Assembly: GCA_043228905.1 (NCBI GenBank)
Contig: JBHGNT010000004.1
Location: forward strand, 1,426,001-1,490,000
DNA length: 64,000 bases
DNA from: Azolla caroliniana
Taxonomy: Eukaryota > Plantae > Polypodiophyta
Direction of reading: 5' to 3'
Shown here: piece after piece, positions 63,711 to 64,000 of the stretch
How positions within the stretch are numbered: position 1 is the first letter of the stretch
How the letters are laid out: each line of letters opens with the position of its first letter
Notes under the pieces: model-generated
The model's database searches: none
What the model saw: only the letters and a program-made list of their open reading frames with translations
What the model was told of the DNA's origin: nothing
Translations under genes and position numbers: made by a program

Positions 63711-64000
63711 AGAGGAAAAAGGGTTCATGATTAAGCATAAGAGGGGATGAAGTGTAAAGAACCACCAAGAACAATTTGAGCGCACCCAAATCGTTTAACA
63801 CACTTGGTGTAAGTGAGGCATAATAAGAGATAGAGGAAGGGGAGAGAGATGAGAGATTAATCACTAATAACAAAACTAGAAACAAGTTAAAACATAACCA
63901 TAAGCTTAATAGTCTATATGAGAGAGAGGGAGAGATTAAGGAGACTAATTTTAATTAAGAAAAAGGAAAAGTTACAATACGATGGATAAATGGGATTGGT

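Overview
Plant nuclear DNA; the PLS-PPR style, very large TE-filled introns and retroelement types suggest a fern or other non-seed plant (inference). Three host genes are visible. A PLS-class PPR gene runs off the left edge (minus strand, ATG 1072). A 17-exon SUVR1/2/4-type WIYLD/pre-SET/SET/post-SET histone methyltransferase spans 4738-25712 (minus, about 808 aa, including 29-nt and 12-nt micro-exons). The first five exons of an organellar RadA/Sms gene start at 53137 (plus) and the gene continues past the window. The rest is layered transposons: RTE/RTEX-like LINE fragments confined to the SUVR introns, hAT-type MITEs, solo LTRs, a Gypsy>Copia>Copia nest (36999 to about 50850), and a Copia inside a hAT-type element inside a RadA intron. 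The most notable observations are: (1) a complete -1 frameshift signal joining gag-protease to RT in a tRNA-Trp-primed Gypsy; (2) a canonical PCNA-binding (PIP) box at the C-terminus of the LINE ORF2; (3) a TG..CA fold-back element with a 5-bp TSD and twin tRNA-like A/B boxes; (4) a PPR-like repeat inside the SUVR protein; (5) an inverted duplication of the PPR leader exon that keeps a 49-codon ORF in both arms. All coordinates were read by eye and no searches were run.
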